A DNA stretch of 39,508 bases from a virus (taxonomy: Duplodnaviria; Caudoviricetes): positions 1-39,508 of the IMG/VR virus record IMGVR_UViG_3300027373_000001, one strand, 5' to 3'. This document shows, one piece after another, positions 36,481 to 39,508 of this stretch. The notes under the pieces are model-generated. The model had not been told where the DNA came from. It saw only the letters and a list, made by a program, of their open reading frames with translations, and ran no database searches. Positions within the stretch are counted from its first letter, which is position 1; every line of letters begins with the position of its first letter. The position numbers and the translations under genes are program-made.

Positions 36481-36952
36481 ATGAAACTGAATAAAGGACT
36501 GTTCACAAGCGACCGAGGAGATTGGGCCACCCCGCCCAATTTCTTCGATAAACTGGATGCGGAGTTTCACTTCACGCTCGACGTATGTGCTTCGCCGAAC
36601 AATAACAAATGCAAGCGGTTTCTGACAAAGGAGCAGAACGGACTGATACAGGACTGGGCTAGAATAGCGGCACAGGGCGGCACAGGGCGGCACAGGGCGG
36701 CACAGGGCGGAACGTGGTGCCTGCTTTATGAATCCACCCTATGGGTCCGAAATCCCCGCTTGGGTAAAGAAGGCAAGCGAAAGCGGATGCCTGGTAGTCG
36801 GGCTTCTTCCGGCCAGAACAGACACACGCTGGTTTCACAACTATGTCTACGGCAAAGCGGAGATTCGATTCGTAAAAGGACGCATTCGTTTTGTCGGGGC
36901 TAAATCAGGGGCCCCTTTCCCTTCTATGATTGCTATTTGGAGGAACATATGA
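36481..36952 (+). pseudogene. phage Dam-type N6-adenine methyltransferase, frameshifted at a 10-bp tandem repeat (candidate phase-variable, OFF as assembled)
   Basis: N-half DWATPP.FF..LD.EF.FTLDVCAS...NGL.QDW in frame 36481. C-half CFMNPPYG...LLPARTDTRWFH...GRIRF...APFPSM in the +1 frame to 36952. Confidence 0.88.
36671..36710 (+). repeat. 10-bp perfect tandem repeat x4 (CACAGGGCGG)
   Basis: Read directly from the sequence. Confidence 0.95.
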
Positions 36953-37245
36953 AAACAAAAAAACAAGAGCACACTGCGAGTCCGTGGCGGTTTATAAAAA
37001 CGTATCCGACAGAAAAGTCCAGCTATACGGTTCAATCGGGGGACTCCCCTGTTGAAACGATAGCGCGGGTGTTGTGGCATGGAAACCAGGCCGAAGCCAA
37101 CGCCGCCCTAATCGCCGCCAGCCCCGAAATGTTGTCCGTCCTGCAGGAGCTGGTCGCCCTCATCGGCGACTCCGACGGGTCCACGCTCGACGAGGCGTAT
37201 GATAAGGCGGTGGCCGTTATCGCCAAGGCCAAGGGGGAAGCATGA
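36949..37245 (+). CDS. hypothetical phage protein (HTPGPW...ANARLIAAAP-type family)
   Basis: HTASPW...ANAALIAASPEML...IAKAKGE. Confidence 0.7.
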   Translation: MKTKKQEHTASPWRFIKTYPTEKSSYTVQSGDSPVETIARVLWHGNQAEANAALIAASPEMLSVLQELVALIGDSDGSTLDEAYDKAVAVIAKAKGEA

Positions 37246-37685
37246 AGACGTGCATGACCTGCCTGTACAGCTTCACCCACGAGAAGTGCGACGGCTGCCT
37301 GCATACGCCCGAGGACTATGAGACGTATCGGACGATAGGCAGGATGGCCCCGTTCCGGTATCTGTACCACGTCGAAAGTGATCCTCTGGCGATAATGTGC
37401 CGCCTCCACGCACTGCAGCTTCTCGGCCATCGGCCTATCACGCTCGGGCCCGGGGAGGCAGATATCTACGCCACGTCCACGCCGGAGGCCACCAGCAAGC
37501 ACCTTCACTACGTGGCCAAGCAATGCGGCTATTGTTGCCACATGCTCCGCATGGACGCCTTTGGCGACGTAACCCTGCGGCTCTGCAAGGACGGCGGGCC
37601 GTTCACTATGCGCTGGCGCGACAACCAACTTATCTCGGTCGAAACTCCGGCCGGGACCTATTGGAAGAGGATGGGGGTATTATGA
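37242..37685 (+). CDS. hypothetical Cys-rich protein
   Basis: CMTC, CDGC, CGYC; ATGA coupling. Confidence 0.6.
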   Translation: MKTCMTCLYSFTHEKCDGCLHTPEDYETYRTIGRMAPFRYLYHVESDPLAIMCRLHALQLLGHRPITLGPGEADIYATSTPEATSKHLHYVAKQCGYCCHMLRMDAFGDVTLRLCKDGGPFTMRWRDNQLISVETPAGTYWKRMGVL

Positions 37686-38059
37686 AAAAAGACCCGATAA
37701 ATAAGTGGACCAAGGCCATGAATGTCGAGCACAAAGACAAACTCGACCTCAAGTTCAAGCATTCCCCGGCGCCTTGGCGGGAGGACGACCCTGGGCACAT
37801 CGTAGACAACAAGGGCGGAGACGTTATCACCGACGAGAACCACGGCTCGATGATAGCATTCAACTGCGGCGAAGAGGGAATGGGCGACAGAGCCTTATGT
37901 CTGAACGCTCCGGAGATGTACTACACGCTCCAAGAAGCCTACGTCTACCTCAACAAGAGCCCCCATTCTTCCACGGCCGATATCCTCGCGCAACAGATAA
38001 ACCGGCTGCTCCGCAAGATATCGACGAAGCGGGGGATAAAGGAGTATTACGACCTATGA
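37682..38059 (+). CDS. hypothetical phage protein (second HTPGPW-type)
   Basis: HSPAPW...DRALCLNAPEMY. Confidence 0.65.
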   Translation: MKKDPINKWTKAMNVEHKDKLDLKFKHSPAPWREDDPGHIVDNKGGDVITDENHGSMIAFNCGEEGMGDRALCLNAPEMYYTLQEAYVYLNKSPHSSTADILAQQINRLLRKISTKRGIKEYYDL

Positions 38060-38208
38060 TAACCGTAAGAAAATCCAAATACGAACCTCGCACCAAGATA
38101 GCCATAGGCTTCGGGAAAACGGTGCGCCACATAAACTACAAAGAGGCGAAATACATCCATGTTCGTCTCGGGAGGATGTTATGCAATCGCATGGCCACAA
38201 GCCGGTAA
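38056..38208 (+). CDS. small basic hypothetical protein
   Basis: AAGGAG RBS; ATGA coupling. Confidence 0.5.
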   Translation: MITVRKSKYEPRTKIAIGFGKTVRHINYKEAKYIHVRLGRMLCNRMATSR

Positions 38209-38651
38209 CCCGCCGATGTGTCTACTGCCGCCCCCGCTGGACGTGGGGGGTACGCCGCTGGTCCCTGCTCGGCCGCATCTATGCCTTCCTGTGGCCGCAC
38301 CACGTCATAGGTATAGACTACGGCCCGCCCTACACCGACGGGATGTGCGACGAGGCTGTGCGCCGGATGGAGGATCACGACCAGGGTCGGGCACCCCGGG
38401 AGATAGAGCCAGTCGACATCCTGATAGCGATCTTCGTGGCCGCCGTGCTGGCGCAGTATGCCTACATCTGCAGGCAGGAAGAACGCCTGCAGCACCTCCG
38501 GCAGATAGCGGTCAGCATTCCCTTGGATGCTCGTGCGCAGAATGGAAGGAAGCCTTGCGTAGACTGCGAGGTGTGCTTCCGAAAAAACGACACAGAAAAC
38601 CCGGACTGCGCTCATTGCCTCGGGTGCTGGATGTGGGGTGTCAATCCATGA
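38181..38651 (+). CDS. hypothetical protein with TM helix and Cys motifs
   Basis: GGAGG RBS; CVYC, TM segment, CVDC/CAHC. Confidence 0.5.
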   Translation: MQSHGHKPVTRRCVYCRPRWTWGVRRWSLLGRIYAFLWPHHVIGIDYGPPYTDGMCDEAVRRMEDHDQGRAPREIEPVDILIAIFVAAVLAQYAYICRQEERLQHLRQIAVSIPLDARAQNGRKPCVDCEVCFRKNDTENPDCAHCLGCWMWGVNP

Positions 38652-38926
38652 ACTGGAACTTCAAGCGCCGCCCGGCCGCAGACAAAGACAAGCGCCTCTA
38701 CCGGATACTGAATATCCTCGCACGGCTGCAGGGTGTCCGGGTGTCCGGGTGTCCGGGTGTCCGGGTGTCCGGGTGTCCGGGTGTCCGGGTGTCCGCCCTG
38801 GCCGACGATTTCAACGTCTCACAGCGGCAGGTACAGCGTGATCTGAATGCCTTGAGCACGGCTGGCTTCCCGCTTGAATGCGTGTGGGAAGGACGGGAGA
38901 TGGTTTGGAAGATGATAAAGACTTGA
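38648..38926 (+). CDS. HTH_11-type winged-helix transcription regulator containing an 8-bp repeat tract
   Basis: RLYRILNILARLQ...VSALADDFNVSQRQVQRDLNALSTAGFPL. Confidence 0.8.
   Translation: MNWNFKRRPAADKDKRLYRILNILARLQGVRVSGCPGVRVSGCPGVRVSALADDFNVSQRQVQRDLNALSTAGFPLECVWEGREMVWKMIKT
38731..38794 (+). repeat. 8-bp perfect tandem repeat x8 (GGGTGTCC)
   Basis: Read directly; 64 bp. Confidence 0.95.
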
Positions 38927-38951
38927 CAGGTACAAAACGAAATACTAGACT
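38923..38951 (+). promoter_or_regulatory. sigma70-type promoter overlapping the HTH stop codon
   Basis: TTGACA (38923-38928), 17-nt spacer, TAGACT (38946-38951). Confidence 0.75.
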
Positions 38952-38957
38952 CTGACT

Positions 38958-39044
38958 ATGGACCGCGAATCCAACCTCAATATACCAGCTTCCCCCTGCG
39001 ACGTAACTTCGCGGTCCCGTCGACGTGGGGGAAGCTCCTTTTTT
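38958..39044 (+). ncRNA. structured 5' leader / attenuator-like RNA 2
   Basis: Stem AGCTTCCCCC/GGGGGAAGCT plus T6; loop TTCGCGGTCC is the exact complement of 5' GGACCGCGAA. Confidence 0.55.
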
Positions 39045-39215
39045 ATGATCAATCAAAACGATGAACGTCTTGCGGACAATGCTTTGGCATTGAAGATACA
39101 ACGGAAAGCGAAACATCTCACCGAGCAATTCTTCGCCGGAGAGTCTGTGGAGAAGCGCATCTGGATAAAGCGGTTCCAGAAGTTCCGCAGGCAGGTGGCC
39201 GGAATCTGGATATAG
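39045..39215 (+). CDS. hypothetical protein (may instead start at ATG 38958)
   Basis: ORF in the track; start ambiguous. Confidence 0.45.
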   Translation: MINQNDERLADNALALKIQRKAKHLTEQFFAGESVEKRIWIKRFQKFRRQVAGIWI

Positions 39216-39246
39216 ATTTAGTCTAGCGGTAAATTAAGGAGGAAGG

Positions 39247-39508
39247 ATGAAACTTACGTTAAAGGTGATGTTTGAGCAGTGGAAGGCGCTGAGCTTTAAG
39301 GCAACGCTCTCGGGCGAAGATGCCCTGAAGGCCGTGGAAGCCGACGGCTACGCGCTGAGATACGTGAAGGAGCAGACCCCGGAGATATGCCTGAAGGCCG
39401 TGGAAGCCAACGGCGACGCGCTGAGATACGTGAAGGAGCAGACCCCGGAGATATGCCTGAAGGCCGTGGAAGCCGACGGCGACGCGCTGAGATACGTGAA
39501 GGAGCAGA
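39247..39508 (+). CDS. 5' part of DUF4116-like tandem-repeat protein (continues at nt 1-197)
   Basis: AAGGAGG RBS; MKLTLKVMFEQW...AVEADGYALRYVKEQTPEICLKAVEANGDAL... Confidence 0.85.
   Translation, partial: MKLTLKVMFEQWKALSFKATLSGEDALKAVEADGYALRYVKEQTPEICLKAVEANGDALRYVKEQTPEICLKAVEADGDALRYVKEQ

Noticed and set aside
39410-39508. 99-bp terminal direct repeat as a biological genome terminus
   Set aside because: It lies mid-gene inside a tandem array and its length matches a common assembler k-mer, so assembly overlap is more likely.

Overview
This window looks like an essentially complete, circularly assembled tailed dsDNA phage genome (siphovirus-type, about 39.4 kb). Bases 1-99 are identical to 39410-39508, and one repeat-protein gene runs across the junction. 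Every credible gene is on the + strand. The order is: recombination/replication (DEDDh exonuclease, Sak4-like ATPase, DUF669-like SSB, PD-(D/E)xK nuclease, RuvC-like resolvase, O-type initiator with an internal iteron origin); packaging and head; tail, with a -1 frameshift chaperone; lysis (Amidase_2); then a cluster of small early genes. No integrase, CI-type repressor, tRNA or CRISPR array was recognised. The most unusual signal is three perfect short tandem repeats of non-triplet unit length inside coding regions: 16 bp x3 in a dual-frame C5 methyltransferase, 10 bp x4 in a Dam-type methyltransferase, and 8 bp x8 in an HTH regulator. Both methyltransferases are frameshifted exactly at their repeat and are restored by losing one unit, which suggests a phage-encoded phase-variable methylation/regulation system. 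Also notable: two sigma70 promoters followed by leader RNAs with different sequence but the same fold (5' end complementary to a terminator loop), fibre-like proteins with apparent Sec signal peptides, and recurrent hydrophobic-x-E-S/A motifs in head proteins. All product calls come from motif recognition by eye; no database search was run.
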